Part shown: positions 47,672 to 57,235 of the stretch, in pieces
Position numbering within the stretch: position 1 is the stretch's first letter
How the letters are laid out: every line of letters begins with the position of its first letter
Assembly (NCBI GenBank): GCA_964291235.2
Contig: OZ219815.1
Location: 704,001 to 768,000 of the forward strand
Source of the DNA: Vicinamibacteria bacterium
Lineage (GTDB): Bacteria; Acidobacteriota; Vicinamibacteria; Marinacidobacterales; Marinacidobacteraceae
DNA: 64,000 nucleotides
Direction: 5' to 3'
The notes under the pieces: model-generated
The model's database searches: none
What the model was told of the DNA's origin: nothing
The model's input: the letters and a program-made list of their open reading frames with translations, nothing else
Program-made: the position numbers and the translations under genes

Positions 47672-48973
47672 TTAGTGCCCCTTGTGTCCGAGCGGACCGC
47701 GGGCGGAACTGCGCTGGGCTCCACCTCCGTCGTCGTCGTCCTCACCACCGCTGCCACGCAGGATGGCGGGCACGTCCACTCCGGTGGAGGTCTTCAACTG
47801 CTCCAGAAAAGCAGCGATGGACCCGGTCAGGCCGCGCACGTGGTTCGGGAGCGCGCCGCCGGTTCCGTTGTCAACCACCGTGAGCCGTTCCACGTGCAGG
47901 TTGTCATGCAGCACGTGGGTGACCTTGTCGAGGAGCTGCGGCAGCATCTGCAGCAGCATGATTTCCCGGGTGGTCTCGTCGGTCCACTGGGCCTTGATCT
48001 CGGCCAGGGCCTCGGCGGTGGCCTTCCCGTTCTCCCGGATGCGGGACGCGTCGCCCTGGGAGGCCAGCGACTGGGCTTGACTCGCGGCCTCGGCCGGCAC
48101 CACGGTGTTGGCCTTCTCCCGGAGTTCGTTGCGCGCGACCCGGATTTCTTCAAGCTTGCGCTCTTCCTCGATCCGGGCCATGCGCTTCGCGACCTCGGCG
48201 ACCTGTTCGGCCTGGTTCGACGCCGCCGCCCGCTCGGCCCGCCGCATCCGGACTCCGTGCTCGGCGTCCACGATCGCTTCTTCGGCACTGGTCTCGGCAA
48301 CCACGGCGTCGCGCTTCGCGCTCGCCGCCACGTCGCGCGCCTCGGCTTCGGCGCGGGCCTCGGCCACCTTGGCATCACGCCTCACGGCGGCGCTTCGTTT
48401 CCGCCCAACCGAGTCGAGGTAGCCCTCGGTGTCGGACAGGTTCTGGATCTTGAAGGTGTCCAGCACCAGGCCAAGCTGCGCGAAGTCTTTCCGGGCGGAT
48501 TCCGCTACCGCCTCGGCGACCCCCAGCCGCTCGGCGTTCGCTTCCTCCGGGCTTCGCGTGGCGAGGACCCCGCGAAGGCTCCCTTCGAGCGTCTGCCGCG
48601 CGACGGTCTGAATCTCGTGCTGCGTCCGGCCGAGGAAACGCTCCACCGCGTGATCGAGGCCGCCTTCCGGATCGCCGGCGATCTTCACGGTCGCCATCCC
48701 GTCCACGTTGAGGGGGATCATCCCCGCGGACAGCGCCTTCTTGACCGTGACCTCGATGGCGATGGTGTTCAGTGAGATCCGCGACACCGTCTCGACGAGC
48801 GGCCGGCGGAAACCGCGGCCGCCCCGGATGATGCGATATCCCTTCTTCCGTCCCGAGAAGATCACCGCCTCGTTGGGGGCGCAGACCACCACGTGGGCGC
48901 GGATGAAGATGATGACCGCCAATACCCCGACGATTCCGAGGGAAAGGGCGATTCCAATGGTTCCTGGGGTCAT
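47672..48973 (-). CDS. SPFH/flotillin family protein
   Basis: N-terminal TM, PNEAVIFSGR, AVERFLG, LEGSLRGVLA, LGLVLDTFKIQNLSD, AEA-rich coiled coil. Confidence 0.9.
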   Translation of the reverse strand: MTPGTIGIALSLGIVGVLAVIIFIRAHVVVCAPNEAVIFSGRKKGYRIIRGGRGFRRPLVETVSRISLNTIAIEVTVKKALSAGMIPLNVDGMATVKIAGDPEGGLDHAVERFLGRTQHEIQTVARQTLEGSLRGVLATRSPEEANAERLGVAEAVAESARKDFAQLGLVLDTFKIQNLSDTEGYLDSVGRKRSAAVRRDAKVAEARAEAEARDVAASAKRDAVVAETSAEEAIVDAEHGVRMRRAERAAASNQAEQVAEVAKRMARIEEERKLEEIRVARNELREKANTVVPAEAASQAQSLASQGDASRIRENGKATAEALAEIKAQWTDETTREIMLLQMLPQLLDKVTHVLHDNLHVERLTVVDNGTGGALPNHVRGLTGSIAAFLEQLKTSTGVDVPAILRGSGGEDDDDGGGAQRSSARGPLGHKGH

Positions 48974-49039
48974 GAAAGGGCCTCCCTGGTCGCTGGCCGG
49001 CCGTTCAACGTTGGGTTCTGGCGGGATGCCTCACGAGAA

Positions 49040-50455
49040 TCAGCAGTCATAGTAGAGAGCGAATTCCGCAGGGTGCGGCCGCTGGTCCATGTAGGCGAGT
49101 TCGTGGGCCCGCTTGTAGCGGATCCAGGTGTCGATGACATCGGGCGTGAAGACGCCACCCCGCAACAGGTACTCGGCGTCGTTCTCAAGCGCATCGAGCG
49201 CCGCCTTCAGCGTCGGAGGCGTATCGCCGATCTTCCGCAGCTCCGCTTCGGGCAGTTCGTAGAGGTCCTGGTCCACCGGCTCGGGAGGAACGATCCGGTT
49301 CACGATGCCGTCGAACCCCGCCATCATGATGGCCGAAAACGCCAGGTACGGATTGGCGCTCGGATCGGGGCAGCGGAACTCGATCCGCTTTGCTCCGGGA
49401 GCCGCCGAATACATGGGAATCCGTACCGCCGCCGAACGGTTGCTCTGCGAGTAGACGAGCTTGTTCGGCGCTTCGAACCCGGGGACCAGCCGCCGGTAGG
49501 AGTTGGCGGTGGGGCAGGTGAAGGCAAGGAGGGACGCCGCATGCTTCAGGATGCCGCCGATGAAGAAGACTCCCGCCTCGCTGAGGCCGGCGTATCCGTT
49601 CGGGTCGTAGAAGAGGTTCTTCCCCTTGCTCCACAGGCTCATGTGGCAGTGCATTCCGGACCCGTTGTCGCCGAAGAGCGGCTTCGGCATGAAGGTCGCC
49701 GTGCGGCCATGCCGGTTCGCGGTGTTCTTGACGATGTACTTGAACTTCATCATGGCGTCCGACATCTGGCTGATCGTCGTGTACTTCAGCCCGATCTCGC
49801 ACTGGCCGCCGCTGCCTACTTCCTGGTGGTGGAGTTCGGCGTCCACCCCGCAGTCCCGCAGGTTGGTGAGCATCTGGGAGCGCACGTCCTGATATGGATC
49901 GGTCGGCGGCATCCGGAAATAACCCTGCTTGAGGCCCGGCTTGTGGCCAAGGTTCGGCTTCTCGACGCGTCCGACGTTCCAGGCGCCGATGCCGGAGTCC
50001 ACGTAGTAGAAGGCCTCGTTCACGGTCTGGTCGAAGCGGACGTCGTCGAAGATGTAGAACTCGGCCTCGGGGCCGACGTAGCAGGTATCGGCAACGGCGG
50101 AGGTCTCGAGGAACCGGGTGGCCTTCTCCACGATGTTCCGCGGGTCGCGCGAATAGAGACTGAGGTCCACCGGGTCCTTGACGTTGCAGATGAACACCAG
50201 GGTGGGATCCTCGTAGAAGGGATCGATGAAGCCGCTGTCCGGGTCGGGACGCAGCAGCATGTCGCTCCTCTCGATGCCCTGGAAGCCGCGGACCGACGAC
50301 CCGTCGAAGCCGATCCCGTGGACGAACATGTCCTCGTCGAAGGCCTCGATGGCGTAGGAGATGTGGCGCCAGCCCCCCAGAAGGTCGGTGAACCGGAAAT
50401 CCACGAATTTGATCTTCCGGTCCTGGATTACGCGGCGGACGTCGCGAAGAGACAT
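49040..50455 (-). CDS. glnA: Glutamine synthetase type I
   Basis: FDGSS, ATFMPKPLFGDNGSGMHCH, SYRRLVPGFEAP, RIEFRCPDP, adenylylation site DLY. Confidence 0.97.
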   Translation of the reverse strand: MSLRDVRRVIQDRKIKFVDFRFTDLLGGWRHISYAIEAFDEDMFVHGIGFDGSSVRGFQGIERSDMLLRPDPDSGFIDPFYEDPTLVFICNVKDPVDLSLYSRDPRNIVEKATRFLETSAVADTCYVGPEAEFYIFDDVRFDQTVNEAFYYVDSGIGAWNVGRVEKPNLGHKPGLKQGYFRMPPTDPYQDVRSQMLTNLRDCGVDAELHHQEVGSGGQCEIGLKYTTISQMSDAMMKFKYIVKNTANRHGRTATFMPKPLFGDNGSGMHCHMSLWSKGKNLFYDPNGYAGLSEAGVFFIGGILKHAASLLAFTCPTANSYRRLVPGFEAPNKLVYSQSNRSAAVRIPMYSAAPGAKRIEFRCPDPSANPYLAFSAIMMAGFDGIVNRIVPPEPVDQDLYELPEAELRKIGDTPPTLKAALDALENDAEYLLRGGVFTPDVIDTWIRYKRAHELAYMDQRPHPAEFALYYDC

Positions 50456-50465
50456 GGGAGGCCCG

Positions 50466-50807
50466 TCAGCCGATGGCCTGTGAACCGCGCTCGCCGGTTC
50501 GGATTCGGATGCAGTCGTGGAGGTCGGTGACGAAGATCTTCCCGTCGCCCGGTAGTCCGGTCTGCGCCGCCTTGAGAATCGCCTGGACCGCGCGTTCCAC
50601 GAAGTCCTCGTTCACCGCGACATCGATGCGGACGCGCTTGAGGATGTTGATCTGCGTCTGCACCCCGCGGAAGGTGGCCTGGTATCCCTTCTGGGTTCCG
50701 TGGCCGACTCCCGCGGTGATCGAGAACTTGTTGATCTGCGCTCCGAAGAGTTCCTCCTGGACCAGGGGAACTACCTCGGGTTGAACCATGGCGGTGACTA
50801 GCTTCAT
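50466..50807 (-). CDS. glnK: P-II nitrogen regulatory protein (GlnK-like)
   Basis: GxGxQKG T-loop base, TGLPGDGKIFV, IRIRTGE; located between amtB and glnA. Confidence 0.88.
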   Translation of the reverse strand: MKLVTAMVQPEVVPLVQEELFGAQINKFSITAGVGHGTQKGYQATFRGVQTQINILKRVRIDVAVNEDFVERAVQAILKAAQTGLPGDGKIFVTDLHDCIRIRTGERGSQAIG

Positions 50808-50835
50808 GTGGTGACAGCCTTGAAAGAAGTTCCCC

Positions 50836-52152
50836 TCAGGAACCCAGAATCTGGAAGCCGGTATAGGACTCCATGCCGTGCTCGTTCATGTCGAGGCCCC
50901 GGATTTCCTCCATCCGGTCCACCCGCAGGCCGAGCACCGCCTTGATGGCGATGAACACGAGTCCCATGGAGAGGAAGACGAAGGCGCCGGACACGAAGGT
51001 GCCGAGCGCCTGAATCCCGAGCTGCTCGAAGCCGCCGCCGTAGAAGAGCCCCTCTCGCGCGAGTCCGAGCGATTCCCGCCCCCAGAGCCCGACGGTCAGG
51101 GTCCCCCAGATGCCGCAGAGGCCGTGCACCGGGAAGGCGCCGCACGGATCGTCCACCTTGATGATCCGCAGGAGGCCCTCACCGAGGACGATCACGAACC
51201 CGCCGGTCACGCCGATCCAGATCGCGGACGCCGGGCTCACGACCGCGCAGGACGCGGTGATCGAGACGAGGCCGGCGAGCGCCCCGTTCATCGTGAAGAA
51301 CAGGTCGGGCTTTCCGAAGAGGATCCAGGAGATGAACGTGGTGGTCACCGCGGCAGCGGCGGCGGCGAGGTTCGTGTTGATGGCGATGAGCGAGATGGCT
51401 TCGCCGTCGCCCACCGAGAGCGCCGAACCCGGGTTGAAGCCGAACCACCCGAACCAGAGGATGAAGACCCCGAGCGAGGCCAGCGGCACCGAGTGGCCGG
51501 GGATGGGATTCGAGCTGCCGTCGGCGTTGAAGCGGCCGAGGCGCGGCCCCAGGATCATGGCGCCGACCAGTGCGGTCGCGCCTCCCGTCAGGTGGACGAC
51601 CGTCGAGCCCGCAAAGTCGAAGAAATCGAGCTGGGCGAGCCAGCCGCCGCCCCACGTCCAGTGCCCGACGACGGGATAGATGAAGGCGGAAATGATGAAG
51701 GAGTAGGCGAGATAGGCGGGAAACTTCATCCGCTCCGCCATTCCGCCGGCCACGATGGTGGCAGCGGCGCCGCAGAACGCCGCCTGGAACAGCCAGAAGG
51801 CCCAAAGCGGCACATCGGCGGCCGACTCGGCGCCCACCAGGAAGAAACCCGTCGTCCCGAAGAACTGGTTCCCCTCCGAGAACATGATGGCGTAGCCGAA
51901 GACGAAGAACCCGAGCGACGCCATGCAGTAGTCGAGGAAGTTCTTCGTGAGGATGTTGCAGGTGTTCTTCGCCCGGATGAACCCCGCCTCGAGCATCCCG
52001 AATCCGGCCTGCATGAGGAACACGAGGAACGCCGACACCAGCACGAACAGGGTGTCGAGCCCCACGATGACGTCGCCCACGGAGTCCTGCGCAAATGCGG
52101 GTTCAGCCAGCAGGAGCGCGGCCAACCCGATCAGCGGAATTCGCTTCAGCAT
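50836..52152 (-). CDS. amtB: Ammonium transporter
   Basis: MQAGF, AERMKF, DFAGSTVVH, WFGWFGFNPGS, DDPCGAFPVHG; twin histidines present. Confidence 0.96.
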   Translation of the reverse strand: MLKRIPLIGLAALLLAEPAFAQDSVGDVIVGLDTLFVLVSAFLVFLMQAGFGMLEAGFIRAKNTCNILTKNFLDYCMASLGFFVFGYAIMFSEGNQFFGTTGFFLVGAESAADVPLWAFWLFQAAFCGAAATIVAGGMAERMKFPAYLAYSFIISAFIYPVVGHWTWGGGWLAQLDFFDFAGSTVVHLTGGATALVGAMILGPRLGRFNADGSSNPIPGHSVPLASLGVFILWFGWFGFNPGSALSVGDGEAISLIAINTNLAAAAAAVTTTFISWILFGKPDLFFTMNGALAGLVSITASCAVVSPASAIWIGVTGGFVIVLGEGLLRIIKVDDPCGAFPVHGLCGIWGTLTVGLWGRESLGLAREGLFYGGGFEQLGIQALGTFVSGAFVFLSMGLVFIAIKAVLGLRVDRMEEIRGLDMNEHGMESYTGFQILGS

Positions 52153-52225
52153 CAGGACCTCCCCCTCGGAGCACCATTGCCGGGGCGCCTACCACCCGGT
52201 CGGGCATCCCCAAATATGGGCGCGG

Positions 52226-52255
52226 AGGTTACGAGGTTGGCGGGTTTGTGGTCAA
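52226..52255 (-). promoter_or_regulatory. Putative sigma-70 promoter of amtB-glnK-glnA
   Basis: Minus strand TTGACC-N18-TAACCT. Confidence 0.45.
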
Positions 52256-52355
52256 GTCCCGACACGGAGATCGCCTTCATGTCCCATATGACACACGCCG
52301 ATCCCGGCCGGGCATTGCCGCTAACCCCTTGACAGGTGGCTGTCTGATTCGCGGA

Positions 52356-53288
52356 CTACGCCGTCAGCCCGACGACGGTCAGGAGTCCCATCAGACCGAA
52401 CGTGATGGACCAGAAATGAAGGAACACCAGCGCGGCCTGCTTGACCAGGGTCTTCAGCACCCCTTCGCCGTAGACCCGCCGAAGCGACAGAAAGAGCAGG
52501 GTGAGCACCGCCAGATAGGCAATCAGGGAAGGGATCTGGGTGCCCAGAATCAAGGTTCCGGCGACTCCGGCCACCAGCAGCACGAACGCGAGCGTGTGGA
52601 AGTGCAGGGCGAACACCAGGTGCGGGACGAAGAAGCGCTCGCGCCGCCGGTAGAGCAGCCTGAGCCACAGGGCAAAGAGGGGAACCAGCGCGACGACCGC
52701 CCACTGGAGTCGTTGGTGGAAAAGCCGCTGGGCTCGTTCGGGAGCCGCGAGCCCGGGACGGATCACGTGCTCCATGAGCCACCCTGAGTCGTCTTCAGCG
52801 GACGCTGGATCGTCGTCCTCGGTGACCGTGATCGAGACCGGCCCCGCGGGGATGGGCAAGTCAAAAGGCGCCGGGCCGGACCCGATCCTGAGCGGCGCCC
52901 AGGGATTCGTCCCGGTCGCGTCGAGGATGGCGTTCGGCGCAACGGCGACGAGCAACAGGAAGGTAACGAAGCTCACGATCAGATAGAGCCGCAGCGGGGT
53001 GACGAACCGGGCGCGCCGACCCTGCCAGTAGTCCGCGGTCAGCGAACCGGGACGGCGGAACAGGGCGATGAGCGTCCGCCAGATGCGCGAATCGAACGAA
53101 AAGACATCGTCGAGCGCCTCGCGCAGGAACTCGCTCACCGGTGTCCGGAGGTCGCTGGCGCGCTGCCCGCAAGCGGCGCAGTAGTCCTCCACCTGCCCCG
53201 ATCCACAGTTCGGACACGCGACCACCGGGAGCGGCTCCGGCGAGACGACAACGTCGTCGCCGTTGTTCTCGTTCCGATCTTTCGTCAT
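52356..53288 (-). CDS. DUF3667-domain membrane protein
   Basis: CPNCG...YCAACGQ, DSRIWRTL..L.RRPG.LT..Y..G.R.RF..PLRLY, C-terminal TMs. Confidence 0.85.
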   Translation of the reverse strand: MTKDRNENNGDDVVVSPEPLPVVACPNCGSGQVEDYCAACGQRASDLRTPVSEFLREALDDVFSFDSRIWRTLIALFRRPGSLTADYWQGRRARFVTPLRLYLIVSFVTFLLLVAVAPNAILDATGTNPWAPLRIGSGPAPFDLPIPAGPVSITVTEDDDPASAEDDSGWLMEHVIRPGLAAPERAQRLFHQRLQWAVVALVPLFALWLRLLYRRRERFFVPHLVFALHFHTLAFVLLVAGVAGTLILGTQIPSLIAYLAVLTLLFLSLRRVYGEGVLKTLVKQAALVFLHFWSITFGLMGLLTVVGLTA

Positions 53289-53460
53289 GGCGCGGTGCTC
53301 CCGAGCGTAGGGGGGTCCATGTTGCCGATCAAGCCCGGATGGCAGGGTGGTCAGGGAACGCCGGCCGACTCGCCCAGTGGGGATCCGCGAGCTGGCGAAT
53401 CGCGCAGCCCGGGCCGCGGATCGCCCGGTTACCCTGTTCCGGACCTCAGGGAGTTGCCCG

Positions 53461-54648
53461 ATGAAGACCCGCCGGCTGTTTTGGCTTGTTCTCTTGTTCC
53501 CAATCGGCGCCTGGACCGCGGCGGCCCTTCAGGAGGATGGCGTGGACGCCATGATCCGGGCGATCGAGGGTCCGCAGCAGCCGAACCGCCAGGGCCTCGA
53601 TCCCTACACGCTCGAAGAGATCATGAGTCTGGCCGGGGTGCCCGGGGTCAGCGTCGCCGTGATCGAGGACTTCCGGATCCACTGGGCCAAGGGCTACGGG
53701 ATCGCCGACGTCGTAACCGGCGCCGACGTTGACTCCGAGACCCTGTTCCAGGCGGCGTCCATCAGCAAACCGGTGGCGGCCATGGCCGTCGTTCGGGCGA
53801 GCGAGGAGGGGCGGTTCTCGCTCGACGACGACATCAACGATGTCCTTGTCTCCTGGCGGCTGCCCGGGACCCCTCACACCGAAAACCGGCCGGTGACTCC
53901 CCGGACCCTCACCAGCCACACCTCGGGAACCGGAGACGGGTTCGGTTTTCCGGGCTACCACCCGGGCGCCCCGCTACCGACGACCGTTCAGATCCTGGAC
54001 GGGGAGCCGCCCTCCAATGTCGGTCCGGTCCTTCTCGCCCGAGAGCCCCTCACGGCGTTCCACTACTCCGGCGGCGGCGTCACGATGATGGAGCTCGCGC
54101 TGGCCGACGCGACCGGGAGACCCTTCCCTGAGTTGCTCCGCGCATGGGTGTTGGGGCCGATCGGCATGACCCGCAGCACCTTCGAGCAGCCCCTGAGCGC
54201 GGAACTGGACGCGAACGCCGCCCGGGCCCACGACGGCGCGGGCCAGGCGAAGGACGCGAAGTGGCACGTTTATCCCGAGTTGGCCGCCGCCGGCCTGTGG
54301 ACCACACCCACCGACCTGGCGAAGTTCGCCATCGACGTTCAGCGGGCGCTCCTGGGACGGGACGGAACCGTGCTGTCCTCCCTGGCCGCCCAGCAGATGG
54401 TGAACCCGGTGGGTGTCGGAGACTTTGGAGTCGGGTTTCGCGTTTCGAAACGCGGGCAGGGCTGGTACTTCGGGCATGGCGGCTCGAACTGGGGTTTCCG
54501 GGCGACGCTGCTCGCCCATAAGGTGAAGGGATACGGCGTGGCGATCATGACGAACGGCGATCGCGGGGGTGTCGTTCTCGACGAGCTGACGGCGCGGGTC
54601 GAACGAGCCTACGGATGGGACTCGCTCGACAAGCCGGTACTTCGTTAG
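53461..54648 (+). CDS. Secreted serine hydrolase, beta-lactamase/AmpC-like family
   Basis: FQAASISK (SxxK), YSG, HGG; signal peptide from ATG 53461. Confidence 0.9.
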   Translation: MKTRRLFWLVLLFPIGAWTAAALQEDGVDAMIRAIEGPQQPNRQGLDPYTLEEIMSLAGVPGVSVAVIEDFRIHWAKGYGIADVVTGADVDSETLFQAASISKPVAAMAVVRASEEGRFSLDDDINDVLVSWRLPGTPHTENRPVTPRTLTSHTSGTGDGFGFPGYHPGAPLPTTVQILDGEPPSNVGPVLLAREPLTAFHYSGGGVTMMELALADATGRPFPELLRAWVLGPIGMTRSTFEQPLSAELDANAARAHDGAGQAKDAKWHVYPELAAAGLWTTPTDLAKFAIDVQRALLGRDGTVLSSLAAQQMVNPVGVGDFGVGFRVSKRGQGWYFGHGGSNWGFRATLLAHKVKGYGVAIMTNGDRGGVVLDELTARVERAYGWDSLDKPVLR

Positions 54649-54688
54649 CGCACACCGTAGCGAGAGCCCGGAGCTCCCACCAGGAGAG

Positions 54689-55048
54689 TTGGCCTCTTCG
54701 CAAGGCACCCTTTTCCATGCCCTGCTGGACGCCGGCGTTGAGGCAGAGGTCCCCTATACTGCGGAAAAGCGGCTACACGCCATGATTTCGGAAGCCACCG
54801 CCCCGCAGCTTCAACCGTTGCTGGCGGAGGTGTGTCGGCGCTTCGACGAACGGTTCGACAAACAGGAAAAACGATTCGAAAAACGGCTCGACGAGCAGGA
54901 CCGCCGGCTGGACGAACACGACCGGAAGCTGGACGTCATCGTCGCTCGCCTCGACGGGCTGAAGTTGCTGGGACAGATCATGGTCGGGGCCTACGCCCTC
55001 CTGATCACGGTGCTCATCGCAGTCTTCGGCTTCCTGTTCACAAACTGA
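54689..55048 (+). CDS. Small coiled-coil protein with C-terminal TM anchor (CCDC90/DUF1640-like)
   Basis: Head LFHALLDAGV, heptads RFDKQEK/RLDEQDR/RLDEHDR, terminal hydrophobic helix. Confidence 0.65.
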   Translation: MASSQGTLFHALLDAGVEAEVPYTAEKRLHAMISEATAPQLQPLLAEVCRRFDERFDKQEKRFEKRLDEQDRRLDEHDRKLDVIVARLDGLKLLGQIMVGAYALLITVLIAVFGFLFTN

Positions 55049-55126
55049 ACCCGCCAGCGCACCGCCAAACCGCCGCGGATGAGGCTGCGCGTCCCGACTG
55101 AGTGCGCGTGGAATACTGAACGGTCG

Positions 55127-57199
55127 ATGCGCTCTCGCCTGGCGATCGCCGTCGCGCTAGTCGCGTGGAGTTCCGGCCTCTCGGCCCAGGAGATCCCGGC
55201 GAGCAGGACCTCGGGATCCATTGAAATCGACGGCGTGCTGAACGAGGCCGCCTGGAGTGAGGCCGCCGCCGTCGAGGCCTTCACCCAACTCCAGCCGGTC
55301 GCCGGCGCGGCGGCCTCGCAGAACACCGTCATCCGCATTCTCTACGACGAGCGGATGGTCTATTTCGGGATCGAGGGCCGCGACACGGATCCGGGCGCCA
55401 TCTCCCGGACGGTCACCCAGCGGGACGGGGAAGTGTGGGAGGACGACGCGGTGGCGCTCGTCCTCGACACGTTCGACGATGACAACAACGCCTACGTGTT
55501 CATGGTCAACTCGCTGGGGACCCAGCAGGACGAACGCTGGGCGGACAACGGGCGCACGCGGGACATCACCTGGGACGCCAACTGGCTGTCGGCGGGAGCG
55601 ACCAGCGACCGCGGCTGGACCGCCGAGGTCGCGATCCCCTTCGAGACGGTCCGCTTCGCGCGCGAAGCCACGGCGTGGGGATTCAACGCGATCCGCTACC
55701 TGCCGAGGAACCTGGAGCAGAGCCACTGGATCCCGGGCCTCTCGGAGTGGTTCCGGATCGACGAGATCGGCGCCATCACCGGCCTCGACCTGACCGAGGC
55801 CGTCACCAAGAGCTACGCCCTCATCCCCTACGCGCAGGGCGCCCTGCAGGAGGCGGCGGACGACACCACAGAGGTCGGCCTCGACCTGCGTTACGCGCCG
55901 TCGAGCAACATCGGGATCGACGTCTCCTTCAACCCGGACTTCGCGACTGTCGAGGCCGACGTCGAGCAGGTGAACCTCACCCGCTACGAGCTGTCGTACC
56001 CGGAGAAGCGCCCCTTCTTCCTGGAGGGCACCGAGAGCTACCGGACCCGCATCGTGCAGTTCTATTCCCGGCGGATCGGAGACATGCAGTGGGGCGCGAA
56101 GGTGAACGGCAAGGTCGGCAAGTGGAGGGTCAACGGGCTGGCCAGTCAGACCGATACGGAATCCGTCACCGCTTCCGGAGACGGCGCGCTCTACTCCGCG
56201 TTTCGGCTGAGCCGGGAGATCAAGGGCGCTTCCAACGTCGGGGTGATCGGCGCGAACCGCTCCTTCGACGGGACGAACGAGGGGTCGGTGGGACTCGTGG
56301 GAACCCTGTTCTTCTCGGACTACCTCGGCATGACCTCACAGGCCGTCCGTTCCTACGGCGCCCACGACGAGGGGGCGTGGACCTACTTCTTCCGGCCCTC
56401 CTACGACTCGCAGACCGGCCATTTCCACGTCCGCTACACCCACCTCGGTGAAAACGTCCGGGAGAACATGAACCGGGTCGGCTTCATCCGGGACGACGAC
56501 CGGCGCGAGGTGGATTCCAACATCCGGAAGCAGTTCTGGATCAACCGCCACGGGCTCCAGGACCTGACCGGCTCGATCAACTACAACCAGTTCTGGAGCC
56601 AGTCCGGCCGGCTCAGAAGCTGGCAGGTCCGCAACCGGCTCGGTCTCAACTTCCTGAGACGGTGGAGTCTGGACCTGACGAACGACGAAGAGTTCAAGGC
56701 CGAAGAAGCGGGTCTCTTCGAGAAGGACTTCCGGAACTCGCTCAACCAGGCCAAGCTCACCTTCGACACCCGAACGGGCACGTCGGTTGCGGCCTACTAC
56801 GGCCAGGGCCTGAACTTCGACAGCGACCTCGACCAGTTCGGGGGCGTCGTGGACTGGACGATCACCGACGCCCTCACCGCGACCTACGACCTCAAGCGCG
56901 TCTGGTTCGACCCCGACCCCCACGACCGCAGCAGTTGGGTCCACTTCATCCGGGCGACCTACTACGTGAACAAGGACATGTTCTTCAAGGCCTTCTACCA
57001 GACCCGATACGACGTCACCGGCAGCCTCTCAAGCCCGATGTTCGAGCTGGAACGCGAGACCATCCAGCTCCTCTACGTCTGGAGGTTCTTCCCCCCATTC
57101 GGCTCACTCCAGCTCGCCTACCAGGAAGGCCCCGCCCAGTTCGACGACGAACTCATCAACTACCGCACCCTCTTCACCAAACTCTCCTGGGTCTTCTGA
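55127..57199 (+). CDS. CBM9-like plus DUF5916 outer-membrane/secreted protein
   Basis: IEIDGVLNEAAW, GWTAEVAIPF, NPDFATVEAD, YPEKRPFFLEG, C-terminal KLSWVF. Confidence 0.85.
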   Translation: MRSRLAIAVALVAWSSGLSAQEIPASRTSGSIEIDGVLNEAAWSEAAAVEAFTQLQPVAGAAASQNTVIRILYDERMVYFGIEGRDTDPGAISRTVTQRDGEVWEDDAVALVLDTFDDDNNAYVFMVNSLGTQQDERWADNGRTRDITWDANWLSAGATSDRGWTAEVAIPFETVRFAREATAWGFNAIRYLPRNLEQSHWIPGLSEWFRIDEIGAITGLDLTEAVTKSYALIPYAQGALQEAADDTTEVGLDLRYAPSSNIGIDVSFNPDFATVEADVEQVNLTRYELSYPEKRPFFLEGTESYRTRIVQFYSRRIGDMQWGAKVNGKVGKWRVNGLASQTDTESVTASGDGALYSAFRLSREIKGASNVGVIGANRSFDGTNEGSVGLVGTLFFSDYLGMTSQAVRSYGAHDEGAWTYFFRPSYDSQTGHFHVRYTHLGENVRENMNRVGFIRDDDRREVDSNIRKQFWINRHGLQDLTGSINYNQFWSQSGRLRSWQVRNRLGLNFLRRWSLDLTNDEEFKAEEAGLFEKDFRNSLNQAKLTFDTRTGTSVAAYYGQGLNFDSDLDQFGGVVDWTITDALTATYDLKRVWFDPDPHDRSSWVHFIRATYYVNKDMFFKAFYQTRYDVTGSLSSPMFELERETIQLLYVWRFFPPFGSLQLAYQEGPAQFDDELINYRTLFTKLSWVF

Positions 57200-57235
57200 G
57201 GGTAGGGAAAGGGGCCCCCACCGGGAGGACTGGCC

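Noticed and set aside
46793-47675. Short ORFs across the repeat mosaic (also those at 57104-57724 and 35753-36109)
   Set aside because: They are translations of palindromic repeats in several frames (RCRPEAGAP, MPAGGRRS), with no RBS or coding signal.
53461-54648. Antibiotic-resistance beta-lactamase
   Set aside because: Has YSG and HGG rather than the class C YxN and KTG motifs; generic serine hydrolase of unknown substrate.
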